From Octopus sinensis (lineage: Eukaryota), in NCBI RefSeq assembly GCF_006345805.1, contig NC_042997.1:18600001-18664000 (forward strand): a stretch of 64,000 nt of DNA, in the 5' to 3' direction. A program made the position numbers and the translations under genes. The notes beneath the pieces were generated by a model. It saw only the letters and a list, made by a program, of their open reading frames with translations. It searched no databases and was not told the origin of the DNA. Every line of letters starts with the position of its first letter. Positions within the stretch are counted from its first letter, which is position 1. Positions 13,370-26,002 of the stretch are shown piece after piece.

Positions 13370-13960
13370 TAGTCCAACTTTCTAGCTGTTCTGGTAATCA
13401 ACCACCTTGGATTTTATATTTTATTGACCCCACAAAAGGAGGTAAAGCAAAGTTGATCATAGTAAAATTTGAACTCAGAGTGAAGAGAATTGTAACAAAT
13501 ACCATGAAGCATTCTACGCAATGCTCAAACATTTCTGCCATTTAGTTGCCTTCATGTACTTTAGAGAAGATATGTACATAATGTAATACAACTTAGTACC
13601 TGACCTATATTTTATTGACACTGAAAGAAAGATGTAAAACCCAGAGGATCTGAATTAAGAATACAAGGGACTTGACTAATTACTGCAAGCATTGCATCCA
13701 AAGCACTGCCGTCTCCACCACACCACTACTTTTAAATAATGATAATGATAACAACAACAATGAGAATAATGTTAATGATGATGATGATGATTTTGGCACA
13801 AGGCCAGAAAGTTTGAAAAAGCTGTGTAGTCCCTCAGATCAAACATCTATATTGGCCAATTCTTAGTTTATTGATCACAAGTAAGATGAAAGACAAAATT
13901 GACTTCAGCAAATCTGAACCCAAAAGATAAAAGACTTAACAAAATACCACAAGGCATTTA
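13370..13960 (-). mobile_element. Cluster of about three degenerate family D SINE copies
   Basis: Repeated decayed aaaggcaaagt.gac...atttgaactcaga motifs at ~13440, ~13630 and ~13890. Confidence 0.5.
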
Positions 13961-14505
13961 GAACTTCGCTGAATGGTGTTTGTCACTCAATGAGAGCCTG
14001 GCAAGATTGGAATTCATTAATTAGGAAATATCTGCTTCTCTACTGTAACATACAAATTCCCTCATAGTGAATTAAGATAATTGTATTATAATTATCAGGA
14101 AATACTTGAGTCTTTGAGAAGTGCTAAATCAAAATCGTGAGACACAATACTAGCAAATATAAGGAGTAACTCTGCTTTGAATTCACTTTCAAGAGAATAT
14201 ACTGCCAAGTGGCATCAGTTAAAGATACGAAGATTATTAAAACAACTGGAATGCAACTAATATGTATGTGTGTATGGGGGATGCACGTGAGTGCATGCGT
14301 ATGTATGCATATGTGTGTGCGTGTGTGTATAGCTTGTTTAAATTGGTGTACTTGTTTATATATTAAGAAAAAGAAGAATCAGGATTTGGATTTTAAAATA
14401 TTTATTTAGTGCTTTCATCCCTTTTGCCAAACCCTGACTACCATCTTTTTCTTAATATATATATATATATACATGCATATACATACATACATATATATAT
14501 ATATT

Positions 14506-15002
14506 CAGGTTACAAATAGGGGTTCACCAAGGATCAGTTCTCAGCCCCCTCTTGTTCATCGTAGTCCTCCAGGCAATAACAGAGGAATTTAAGATGGGCT
14601 GTCCCTGGGAGCTCCTCTATGCTGATATTTGTGTTCTCATGTCTGAATCACTTCCAGAACTAGAGAAGAAATTTCAGGTGTGGAAACGGGGTTTAAAGTC
14701 AAAGGGCTTAGAGTTAATCTAGCAAAAACCAAAATCTTAGTAAATAGGAAAACCAACAAATCACAAATCCCCTCAGGTAGATGGCCCTGATTGGTCTGCA
14801 GAAAAAGCATAGGTAGAAATTTCATAAGACATACCTGGTATAAGCTATGGACGCATAAGAGGTGTAGCAATGCCAGGGGAAGGTTAACACAAAAATAGTT
14901 TTTGTGTGTGGAAGGTGCACAGGTACAACAAACAGTAAAAATGTACAGAAAATACACTCCATCCGATGCCAGTGGAGAAAGCTAGAAGTAGTTGATAGCT
15001 TC
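14506..15002 (+). mobile_element. RTE-clade LINE reverse transcriptase fragment (frameshifted)
   Basis: Reads GVHQGSVLSPLLFIVVLQAITEEFKMGCPWELLYAD...ELEKKFQVWK.GL..KGLRVNLAKTK, then a decayed Cys-rich insert (W.HKRCS...VCGRC) and EKLEVVDSF. Confidence 0.85.
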
Positions 15003-16390
15003 CATTATTTATCCTTTTTATGGATGATATAAAGATTTATGCACAAAAATGAGAAACAGCTTGAAAGTCTTATACATACTGTTAGCATTTCCTCAAATGA
15101 TGTGGGTATGGAATTTGGGATTGAAAAGTGCGCTATGTTGAAAATGAAATGAGGAAGATATGAAGGAAGCCAGGGAATTGACATGCCAAATGGGCAAATA
15201 ATGAAAGCAGTTGAGAAAGGAGGGTGGTATAACCATTTTGGGATACTGGAAGCTGCTGAAATAAAACAGGAAGAAATGAAAAAAATTACCAGTCGAAAGT
15301 ATACAAGGAGAGTGAGAAAATTATTGCAGCCAAAGCTGAATGCAAAAAATGTTTTTGAAGCAATAAATGCAAGAATAGAACCCCAAATTGGATATGGAGT
15401 TGGAATTGTAGGCTGGTCCAAAAACAACACAGAAAATTGACAGAAAATCTATAATGTTGTTGACAATGTATGGAGCCTACCACCCGAAAGTTGATATCAA
15501 CTGGTTGTACCTGAAGAGAAACCAGGGTGGAAAAGGCTAAAATTGCCGAGGAAGAGTGTTTACAGTTGGCAAGAAAAATCCTACTAGAATATTTACTGAA
15601 TAGTACAGAGTAACTACAAAAGACAGAGAATAAGGAACAGGTGATTGAGTGTGAAATAGGAGAAAAGGACAAGAATGAAATTCATAGAGAGCACTTTAGG
15701 CATACAGAAGAGCAACATCTGCATGGTTAATTTTGGAGAGCCACTGAAGATATATGTGGAACAAAATCCTTGACTTGGTTAAAAAAATGCAATTAAAAAA
15801 AGAAATAGTCCATATCACGTTGAATGCACCAGTTCTCATTCGATTACCAAAATTAAGTAACATTGAGCCTAGTGAGTATTTAGATGGGTGACTGCTTGAA
15901 AAACCTAGGTGCTGTAAGCATCTTACATTTTTCCAAGGTGGTACCCCAGCATGGTACCCTGGCCTAATAATTAAAACAAGTAAAACATGAAAAAGAATAG
16001 ATAATTGTAGCAATCCAGGATGAAATGATAAAAACGAACTTGAGGAAAAATGTATATGGGGAGAAGTCAGAAAAATATAGAATCTGGAGATCTTGGAACG
16101 AGATAGGGCCATGTTGTTGTAGAATGTCCCAAGTTGGCACAGGAAGAATATAAGAATGAATGCATGACCAAATAGTAAAAATTAAACACTGGAAGCTTTG
16201 CTAGAAATAAGGACTTGAAGGTAGAAACATATGCTATGAACATCGGGTTGAAAGAGGGCAGAAGTCGGAGAATTATACGATTCTGTGGGACTTTCCTATT
16301 CAAACAAACAAGAAGTAAGAAAATAATAGACCAAGACATAATAACTATAATAGACAAGGGAAAGTGAAGATACCTACTAATTGAATAATT
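15003..16390 (+). mobile_element. R4/Dong-like non-LTR retrotransposon fragment (RT C-terminus plus restriction-like endonuclease), degraded
   Basis: (F)MDDIKIYA, VGMEFGIEKCA, KLLQPKLNAKNVFEAINA, MYGAYHPKVDI..LYLKR..GG, and at ~16270-16385 ILWDFPIQTNK...NRP..I..IDK...LLIE, a REL-endonuclease-type motif. Many stops and frameshifts. Confidence 0.8.
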
Positions 16391-16609
16391 CTCCTCTGGA
16401 AACATGGGTGCTTTGTTCAGTTGCAGTGTATTCATTAATCCATAAGGATATAACATCTGGCGTTGAGGATCGTTTGAAACTCACATTGGTTATTTGACAA
16501 TATCTGTGTCATGGAAAACCTATTAGCTGCAGTAGTACAGCTTCAAGAGCAGCAACAAAAATAACTACAGGAGCTGCAAAAACAAATACAACAATAATAA
16601 AAATTGAGT

Positions 16610-17100
16610 TACAGTTAGCGAAAATCCCGTATGCTGGTTCGTGTTTCGCATTTGCTAATAGAGACAGAAAAGATATAGCCAAATTGCAAAGGAAGCCCTA
16701 GCAATTATTTTTGTAGTCAAAAAATTTCACAGGTTTCTGTATGGCAGAAGTTTTTTTTATTACAAACAGACCTTAGACCTTTGCTGCCAATTTATCGGTC
16801 TAAAAAAGGGTTACCGACTCATGCTGGGAACCGCCTGCAACGCTAGGGTGTAATATTACTAAATTATAATTTCAAAATGCAATACAATCGGGATTAATTC
16901 CAAAAAATATGGAACCACTAGAAGAGACTGTTATAGCCACACTGCAGGCAGAATGTGAGATTAAAAGTGTTATGACGACCGTTATCCAAGAACTACCAGT
17001 GACGGCGGCACAGGATTTAAGAATGAAAACTGCAAGTGATAAGTATATTACGAAAATAAAAGCAGCTCTTAGAAATGAACAGAATAAAAATTCAGATGCC
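16610..17100 (+). pseudogene. pol: Gypsy RNase H and connection region
   Basis: ...LIETEKI*PNCKEALAIIFVVKKFHRFLYGRSF..QTD..PLL.IY.SKKGLPTH.GNRLQR*GVILLNYNFKMQY (frameshifted), then LEETVIATLQAECEIK...ELPVT. Confidence 0.8.
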
Positions 17101-18085
17101 AGTTGTTTTTTAATTTTGGCTTACCGATATACTTCCAAGTTTCTTCATTCCCAATGGTAATATCACTTCCAGTATCTAACTGCATTTTTACTCTTATATT
17201 TTCAATTTTCACATTTACGACTTTTCTCTTCGTTACATGACCATTTTCCTTCGGCGTTATCTTGTTTATTCTTTTTTCTTTGTTCCAATGTTTTGTCATC
17301 TTGGTTTTACAGTGTGCTTTTACGTGTCCAATTTTTCCACAATGGAAACATTCCACTTTCTTAAATGGGCAATTTTATCTTATGTGTAGTCCTCCACACA
17401 CAAAACATGGGTTTGTTTCTCGATTTTTGTCCTGTTTATACTGTATTTTAGTACGCAATTGATTTCTATTCTGCCTGTTTCCCACTTGTTTCACTTAGGA
17501 GCAGTCTTTATGTTCAATCTTTTGTGCGTCGAGTCTTAAATTTACTATTTTTTCACACTCTTCTGACACTTGTAAGGTTTTGTTCCAGCTTAGCAAGAGT
17601 TATTGTTTTTATTTCTGTGTCATTTTCTGCAATTATTCCCTGAATAAATATCGAGCACTTAAACATATCTGGCGTTAATATGAAATATTCACATTCTCTG
17701 TTAACTCTACCAGTATATGTGATGTAGTTCTCGTCGTGGTTTTTTTCTAGGTTCAAACATTTCCAGCGTGATTTATTTGCTTAAAGTTTTACACAATATG
17801 TCTATTTTTAAAGTTTATGTCAGGTTTTTTTTTGTGGGGGGGGAGTACGTAATTGCTGTGATGCTTATTTTCACCTGCTGCCAGTTTTCTTAGGATTAGA
17901 TTCGTTTTCATATTGTCGTCCCAATCTTTGCACTCTTTATTGAAGATCTGTTCGTATATTCTGCAGTACAACTCGAAGGTAACTCCTTCGTCTGGTTCAT
18001 ACTTAAATTCTGTAACTGAGTTCGCAACATAGTCTGGTGAGAACATTTTTTCAGCATTTTGGATGACTTACTATTCATTAATTTT
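17101..18085 (-). pseudogene. gag: Gypsy gag, CCHC zinc knuckle and aspartic protease, inverted relative to the element
   Basis: MFSPDYVANSVTEFKYEPDEGVTF...; CFHCGKIGHVKAHC (CX2CX4HX4C); MQLDTGSDIT (protease DTG). Confidence 0.85.
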
Positions 18086-18470
18086 AACTTTGTAGTTGTC
18101 TTAGAGGTTGCTCTAGAGCACATGCAAACCTCTGGCTACTTAGTACAGTTATCTACTACGATTAGATTGTAAGCGCCATTTACCAGTCCGGCATTGTCAA
18201 TGTGTAGACTATAGATTCTCCATCTCTGGCCACAATTGATATGTTACCAGCAGGGTCTTTGGCTGCGAGCACGCAACCCCGGCACGTTCTGATCAAGTTT
18301 TCCATATCTCAGTCCATAGACGGCCAATAGACATAACTCCTCATCAGAACCTTCATCCTTGCCATTCCTGGATGTCTGTTGTGAAATTGTTGCAATACAC
18401 CTTTTTGTAATGTACTTGGAACCACCACTCTCAGAGTGTAATAATGGTCCCTTCTCTTCGGTGTAAAAAT
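18086..18470 (-). pseudogene. pol: Gypsy integrase zinc-binding (HHCC) domain and start of catalytic core, inverted
   Basis: RVVVPSTLQKGVLQQFHNRHPGMARMKVLMRSYVYWPSMD*DMENLIRTCRGC, then HIDNAGLVNGAYNLIVVDNCTK*PEV. Confidence 0.85.
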
Positions 18471-18750
18471 GGTCCCTTCCACATTTCAACAAGTAATAGA
18501 TTCAATGCTGGTAGGCAGTAATTTTGCTGTCGCCTATTTTGACAATATCCTAATAAAAAGCAAATCACAAAAGCAACATGTAGAACATGTAAAAAGGGTA
18601 TTCGAAAAGGTAAGAGAATATGGTTTTAAGTTGAGTGAAGAAAAGTGCCAGTTCTTTCTGAAAAAAATTAAATACTTGGGTCAGATTATAAATAAAAACG
18701 AATGGGAACCAGATCCATCCAGAGCAACTGTGGTAAAAAAAAATATGCCT
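18471..18750 (+). pseudogene. pol: Gypsy RT C-terminal half
   Basis: FQQVIDSML...AVAYFDNILI (decayed YxDD)...GFKLSEEKCQFFLKKIKYLGQII. Confidence 0.85.
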
Positions 18751-19430
18751 ACGCAATTTGTGTCGTTTGGGTTTCAAAAGTTTTGCAAAATGTTCACTGT
18801 AGAACATGTAACTATGGTGCCATACTATTCCAGATCTAATGAACAAGCAGAATGCTTTGGTGATACGTTCAAGAGAGCCCTAAGAAAGTCGAATAAAGAA
18901 GTCATGGATGAGGTAGTTCTACAACAAATCGTAAGAGTATACTGAGTGATAACAAATCCAAACACACCAACAGGTATGTCACCAGCAGAGCTGATGTTTG
19001 CGAGGAAAATAAAATCAGTCTTTGACAAATTAATACTTGGTAAGAAAAGAAAAATTGCAATGAACAATACAGCAAGGTATTTCAAAATTTGTGAAAATAT
19101 ATTTGTAAGGACATATAAGAGTGGAAAACAAAGTTGGAAAGATGGCGTGATTACCAAACGCATAGGAAAAATGCTGGACTTGCTAAAAGGAAGAAAAAGG
19201 TACACAAGAGACACATCAATCAACAACAACAAAAAAGATTCATTGAGAGCGAATGCAAGAGAATGAAAGAACCAATGGAGTGGTTATATGATACTTTACA
19301 AGTACCAACGCTACTACAAATAATTGAACCCAGATACACAAGTGAAAGAAAAAGAAAAAATACAGAGTTCCTGGAAGTGGATTCCAGACCAAAAAATATC
19401 AAATTTGTAACTATGAAAAAAATCCCCTCA
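18751..19430 (+). pseudogene. pol: Gypsy integrase core C-terminal part and tail
   Basis: TQFVSFGFQKFC...PYYSRSNEQAECFGDTFKRAL...TPTGMSPAELMFARKIKSVFDKL. Confidence 0.85.
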
Positions 19431-19446
19431 AAAGTGGGAGGTGGGG

Positions 19447-19701
19447 TGATGTAAAAATTATTGCTAATAAAAAGAAATAAAATTACACTCCTTAAGAAAA
19501 AAGAAAACTTAAAAGGGAAAATGTTATGGGTATAATGATAATAATAATGGAACACCCCTTCCATGTGATGAGTGGTATGTGTTAGTTGTTACAAATACTG
19601 TGACGTCGAGAAGTCGGCAGTAGTCGATCATAGATAGTCATGTCTTACAATACTGCTATACTGGAGTGGACTTTATAACAGTCCGCCGTTGGATTACAAC
19701 A
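19447..19701 (+). repeat. 3' LTR (about 255 bp, TG...CA)
   Basis: Begins TGATGT immediately after the PPT and ends ...ggattacaaCA before a (CAA)n run. The end position is approximate. Confidence 0.6.
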
Positions 19702-20198
19702 ACAACAATGATGACGACGACAACAACAACAACAACAACAATGAGAGTTAGAATATTAATTTAAACTTAATTCTGTTCAGAAACTATATAATATTGACAG
19801 ATTACCTGAGCCTGAACTTAATTACAACTGTTTGTAGTATCAGATGTTTTTCAATATTTGATTGTTGCCAAATCTGTTATCAGTGGCTCAAATTCGTTAG
19901 AATGTTAATGTTATCTGTGTTACTGCATTCATACAACCATGATGTTTAAGTCGCATGCTGATTGGTTAAAATAGTATTTGCAAGCTTAGCTTTCTGGAGT
20001 CTATCAGAAAGTATTTAAAGAAAAAATTCAGTCATTTCATTTAGTTGTCAATTACAAATCCCATTAGCTCTTTTTTAATGGTATTATGCAAACATTTATC
20101 AGAAGATTGCTATAAAAATATGAATGTACTTGTAATATTATAAAAATTGTAAAAGTACAAAGTGTGAGAATTGGGCTATGTTGGAATTTGATTGACTT

Positions 20199-20235
<37 letters not shown>

Positions 20236-20240
20236 ACAAA

Positions 20241-20468
20241 GGCGAGCTGGCAGAAACGTTAGCACGCCGGGCGAAATGCGTAGCCGTATTTCGCCCGCCA
20301 TTACGTTCTGAGTTCAAATTCCGCTGAGGTCGACTTTGCCTTTCATCCTTTCAGGGTCGATAAATTAAGTACCTGTTATGCACTGGGGTCGATGTAAACG
20401 ACTTAATCCGTTTGATTGTCCTTGTTTGTCCCCTCTATGTTTAGCCCCTTGTGGGTTATAAAGAAATA
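20241..20468 (+). mobile_element. tRNA-derived SINE, family D (CpG-rich, young-looking copy)
   Basis: ggcgagctggcagaaacgttagcacgccgggcgaaatgc...gttcaaattccg...gtcgactttgcctttcatcc. Homologous to 12793(-), 41003(-) and 61985(+). Confidence 0.85.
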
Positions 20469-21143
20469 TATATATATATATAATCATAAAATCCAGAGGT
20501 ATTGGAGGTGAATACATATTTATCCATGTGACTTCCATAGGACTATGACTGTTTTGCAGCATTCATCATGTAGTTTTAATTTCAGTATAGAAGAAATTGT
20601 GCTTACTTGTTTGCATTAATATGTATGCTCAGCATTATAGAATGCAATTGTATATTCATGTGGGGAAGGAAACAAGATTCCCAAAAATCACGGTAGGACA
20701 AGTAAAACCAAGAAATAGTATTCCACAACAGTGAACTTCTATATAGGGTTGAAAGGTCACAAAACATTACAGAAGGTATTTGAACCTTCAAGAATTTTAC
20801 ACAAACACCAACCACACTGCAAACCCAGCTTTCGGTGATAGCCACACAATAACTCCGTTCTCTTGACCAAACCAATTTTTAAAAGTTCTAGATTATTGAT
20901 AGAAATGCCACAGAGTATTCAGTTTCATCACTTGCGTTCAAAGTTCAAATTTTGTTGAAATGAACATTACATCCCTATAAGGTTGATTACGTTTATATTA
21001 TTAACCTCTTCAGTAATATATTTGGTTACTTATTATATATGCATAAAATTAGCTTTATGCATAAATCTAATTGTTTATTATTATCATGATCAGAAAGATG
21101 TGAAATAACAAAAGTGGCAGACAAAAGGCCTTTCCAGTATTTA

Positions 21144-22384
21144 CGAGGGTAGGCTGAAAAGGTTATAGGTTGACCAACATACTGTCATAGAATGTGACCA
21201 AATGAGGATAATTTTCCAACATAGTCCCACTTGCAGTCCACATACTTCTTCCAACAGTGTTGCAGTGCCTATAGATAAAAAAGTCATCTGCTGCAGATAT
21301 GATGTCAACCTCACAGTGATACTGGTTTCCTGCTAAGTTTTTCCATGTTGGGGAACAGATGATAGCCAGATGGTGCCAAATCAAGAGAATATGGTAGGTG
21401 ATCACTTAGTTCAATGCTACAGTAACACACAACAGCCATTGAAACCAAGGATCTGTGTACTGAAGCACAGTCCTGATGACACAACACTCCCTCCATCAAT
21501 TTTCCTGGGCTTTTGAACTGATAGCCTTTTGTAACTGCCTCAGTAAGTTGGTAATTGCCCCAGTAAGTTGGTGTGGCTCTTTTGAAGATAATCAATAAGT
21601 ACAATGCCTCCTACATCCCAAAACACTGAAGCCATCACCTTCCCTGCAGATGAAATGATCTTGGCCTTCTTTGAAGCAGGTGGCGTGGGTTGCATGGATT
21701 GTCTCTTTGTCCCTGTCTCAAAGTGATGAACTCAACACTCATCCTAGGTTAGAAAACGTCCAAGGAAACCAGTTGGATCTGCTTCAAACAATGTTAGATC
21801 TAGCCATGATGTCATCAACCTCAGGTGCTTTTGATCAGGTTTCATAAGACCAAGTAGAAACTTTCATCATGCCCAGTTCATTGTGCAGAATATTCTCAAC
21901 TCTCTTGTGGGATATGCTAATAACATTGATCATTTGAATAATAGTTCATCACTTGTTATCCATCATCATGTGGTGAACATGATCAATATTTGTTTTTTTG
22001 GTGATGGCACTTGCTGGGCATCCAGATTTTGGGTTAACTTCAACACTTTCTCATTCCCTCCTAAATTCATCTGCCTGCTTTTGCACTATTGATAAAGCTG
22101 GAGTGTCATCCCCTAATGTTGGAACCATATCAGCATGAAATGTCTGTGAGGTAAACCTTTTGTCTGCTGGCCTTTGATAATTCCATGATGCAAATTCTAT
22201 CCATTTTCAAAAGAAGTGGCTACTAGTTATATTTGATGTATTCTTTGACCTGTCAGATATCAGTTTACCTGGAAAGAAACAATGCAGTTCTTAATATAAA
22301 GAGCTGAAATGAATGTATGCAAGATTTCACAGCTCTAGCATGACTCCTTCATTGTCAGCCTTTGAACTTTTCAGCCCACCCTTG
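21144..22384 (-). mobile_element. Mariner DNA transposon, near full length (1241 bp), decayed transposase
   Basis: 31-bp TIRs at 21144-21174 (cgagggtaggctgaaaaggttataggttgac, preceded by TA) and 22354-22384, with about 6 mismatches. Minus-strand peptides HADMVPTLGDDTPALS..., NIDHVHHM and HLPYSLDLAPSGYHLFPNM (YSPDLAP motif). Confidence 0.9.
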
Positions 22385-25300
22385 CTGTTATGTTTGTTTA
22401 CTCAAATAGAAGCATGGTTTGCTACCTATCATCCTTCCTGGTTTAATAAACTACATTCTGATTTAGAACAGGGTTTGATATTATTGACTATACCTTCCTT
22501 TCAAAATATGTGACTGTCATAAATTATTGTAACCTCATTATTATTTGTCATATACATTTCTGTGTAGAAATCTTAAGAAAGTACTGAAACATCAATTCTA
22601 AAGTCTATTTTTGTAGAGGTTTGTTAACTGTGCTGCGTAAGTGTATGTGTGTATTGAGATCTAAATATATATATGAAGAAGTGTTATATTTCTGTAATAT
22701 ATATTGATCGGACAAAACTGTTTGTTATACATGCTTTTGTTTCAGTTTCTAGGTCTTTACTTTAATTCTCAGGCTATGGATCATTAGTCACAGATGAATG
22801 CATGTTTGTCACAGACAGGTTTATCGTCTCTTAATGGTACTTTCTATGTTTTTTTCCACCAGATTTTTATTGTTTTTTACATTTAATTTCAATTTTTTTT
22901 TGGTACATTTTGCTGTTTTATATTATGAACCGTTATTGTGAAGCCTCTTTTCTTCCTTGTGATTTGCATTCCTTTTTCCTAGAATTTGCCAGCTGTTATA
23001 TCGATTTAAGGGACACATTTGTTTTACTATATTTATGTGGCTGTAAAATCTGGAGCAGTTTTTCTTTGTTACATTTGAAGCAGAAGATTATTCTACTGGT
23101 GACTGACGGCTTTTTTTGTTTTGTATATGGCCCTTAAATAGTATGTTTCTTTCTGAGCACAACTAGTACACATACGCCTTTGGATTGTGCGACCTCTACA
23201 GGTTTTTGTATTCCTATTCTTAATATTTTTTCTTTAACTGACGATATTGAAGCTCTGAGCTATCAGAGAGATAGCTATTGTATTTTTCATTCATTTTCTT
23301 TTCATTTTATCATTTTATCTTATTTCCTTCAATATATATCACTAGCACACTTACCAATCCAAGACTCTATTGTGATGCAAGCACTGGAAATCTTTTTAGT
23401 CATCCTAGGTTGAATTTTTCTTGGTACATACTTTCAAGCCATTTGTAAAGATGAAGTGGCTGTTTTTCACCTTTTAAGCTGAAATTACAATATGAATTCT
23501 TGAGTATTTCATAATGAGATCAATACAGATGTAAGTGTGAAGTAACAGCAAACAATAATGCTTCAGAGTTTTATCTGTTTTATATTCCATCATGTAGTTC
23601 TATTGCAGAGAAATATAGTTATTATTTTTACTGTTGTTCGAGAAAAAGAGTCAGATGCCAGAGAGCTCTGTTCTCTTCTAGGATTAACATATTGAAAGCA
23701 AAAAGAGTTTTTTGTGAAGAAAGGAACTTTCGCTACCAGGAATTCTGTAACATTTGAACATTACCCTATATACCGGCTAAGCAGGAGTTCTGACTTTACG
23801 CATTAAAAAGTTATAGATTTTTGACATTTGCAAAAAATATATGCTGCAAAATTTCTGCCTTAAATATAACAAAAAGAAGTCGTGACGGTACTGATTCCTC
23901 AGTTATCCCCATTCCAGAGAGTTAAAGACAGAAAACTTAGACACTTTCTAATAAAATTTGGAACAAAGAAAACAAACTGCATTAGGAATAAATACAATTT
24001 AGATTTGAAAACACACAAAATTTATCCAGGAAAACAATATGTTGTAAATGATAGTGCTTCCTTACTCAGTGTGTTTATCCAGGAAAAGGCAAGAAAGAAG
24101 GATGTGTACATATGCCTAGCAACAAGAAAAGAGTGAAAAATTGCTTCCCATTTAAGCATCTCCTTATTTAAGAAAAGGATCTTAAGAAAAGTGACATAAC
24201 TCAGAAAAAGCAGAAAAAACCCTGAAGTACGCTTCTGTTCTGGAATAGGATATATGAATGCCTGTGCTTAGTTTCAAAAATCAGGAACAGATCGAGAAAG
24301 CAAAAGTGGCCGATACTCTACACACATACCAACTGGTTCAGGCCTCAGTAATTCGTAAAGATATTGTAATCGTATTGAGCTTCAGCTTGTATTAACTACA
24401 CCATGCTGTTCCATACACATCAGTATGAATAGATACTGAGTGGGTATTTGTCTTGTAAGATATGATCTGTTAGAAGTCGTATGAACATCCAGATCTTGAA
24501 ACCCTCCACCCCTGAATACCATAAAGCTATTCTGGACTTATAACTATGATTAAGGGTGCTACAAGCTCTTTTTCCAGAAAACTACTGACATTAGTTCCAA
24601 GATTAATTAAAGCGGGTTAAAGCAAAGGAAATCATTTTATCATCAATGGCACAAGCAGCATAGTCCGACGAAGTCAAGCACCAAGAAGCTGAGGAATTTG
24701 TATTCCAGCATAATACCAGCCAGAGTCTCCATATACTTGCGCTAATGGGAGGAAAATGAAAACTGAAGCATAATGGGAAGCAATAAAATAGTGACGATGA
24801 AATAAGAAAAAAGGGACAAAACTGAATCCTGACAAAATTAGTACTGGAAGCTCGAAATCCCTAGTGAAAAGAGTCTACCCTGTTCTACCTGGATTCCAAA
24901 AAGATAGTCTTAGCTTATTTGAATGAAGAAAAGAAGTGAAAGAAGCTAAAACAAATATTGTGCTGTGTAACAAGGCTCCTTCTGAATTTTGAACCATCAA
25001 GCTCAGGACCGTGTATTACCATACTGCCATAAAAGACAAAGCCTGTTATGAAAACTTGTATTGCCATAAAAGGCATTAACTCCTTTGCAAACATGGCTCA
25101 GGTAATCAGATAGACTAATGTGTGACCAAGTGAGCTGGAATCTTTCTGTCAAATAGCTTGACTGAACAGTCTAGAAACTCTATTAAGCGTTATGAAAGCC
25201 TGATTGTTTGTATATCTTGAAGGAATGACCTGAGGTGCTCCTCTAAGCTATGTCAGTCCCTTTGGAATAAGGTGTTCCTATTTTTGCTATTTAATTTGCT

Positions 25301-25434
25301 TTCAATGATTATGAACGTCCACTGAATTCATATTTAACATATAATGCAATGAAATTTTGTACTTATTCCAGTCGGTATCTCTTGAATGGTGTTCTTTTTA
25401 TTCAGCTCAACTGCATACATACATACATATATAT

Positions 25435-25990
25435 AGGGAGAATTCACGGAAAAAACAAAAGACAAAGGCAGGTGCTGTAGAAAACAAACAGATGTATTAG
25501 TATAATGCTCGGGAATTGAAAACGTCTTTAACTTTTTGAGCTTACGCTCTTCCACAGAAGGAAACAAGGAGAGAAAAAAATGTGTGTAGTGGCTACCGAT
25601 CTATCATGGCGAAAATAATATATAAATATATGCATATATACATACATACATATATCTACATACCTACATATATATGTATGTATATATATATATGTATGTA
25701 TATATATATATGTATGCATATATATATATATATATATATATAAATATATGGCGGTGCCCCAGCATGGCCGCAGCTCATTAGCTGAAACTGGAAAAATCAA
25801 AATCATATATATATATATATATATACACATGCATATATGGGTACAGGACATAAAAAAAAACGTTGAACACAATGAGAAACAAAAACATAGAAACAAACTT
25901 TTTTCAAACAACGAAAAAAAACAGAGAAACAAGACATACAACATAAAAAATATTCCCCTCCTTCAGTTGTCCCTGTTTCATCTACTCTGT
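25435..25990 (+). mobile_element. Two Penelope-like terminal-repeat remnants separated by TA microsatellite and a short SINE-tail fragment
   Basis: A-rich units with acttttgagcttacgctcttc and cttcagttgtc..tgtt..atctactc, resembling PLE pseudo-LTR ends. Assigned by resemblance only. Confidence 0.35.
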
Positions 25991-26002
25991 ACATGTATAT
26001 CA

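Larger units (their letters stand above)
16451..19701 (+). mobile_element. Ty3/Gypsy LTR retrotransposon, decayed and internally rearranged; 3' LTR present, 5' LTR missing
   Basis: PBS-like aaca-tc-TGGCGTTGAGGA at 16451-16469; gag, protease, RT, RNase H and integrase fragments; polypurine tract aaaagtgggaggtgggg at ~19430-19446; TG...CA LTR. Confidence 0.85.

Noticed and set aside
13210-13545. 111-aa ORF
   Set aside because: It runs through a decayed antisense SINE and has no recognisable domain.
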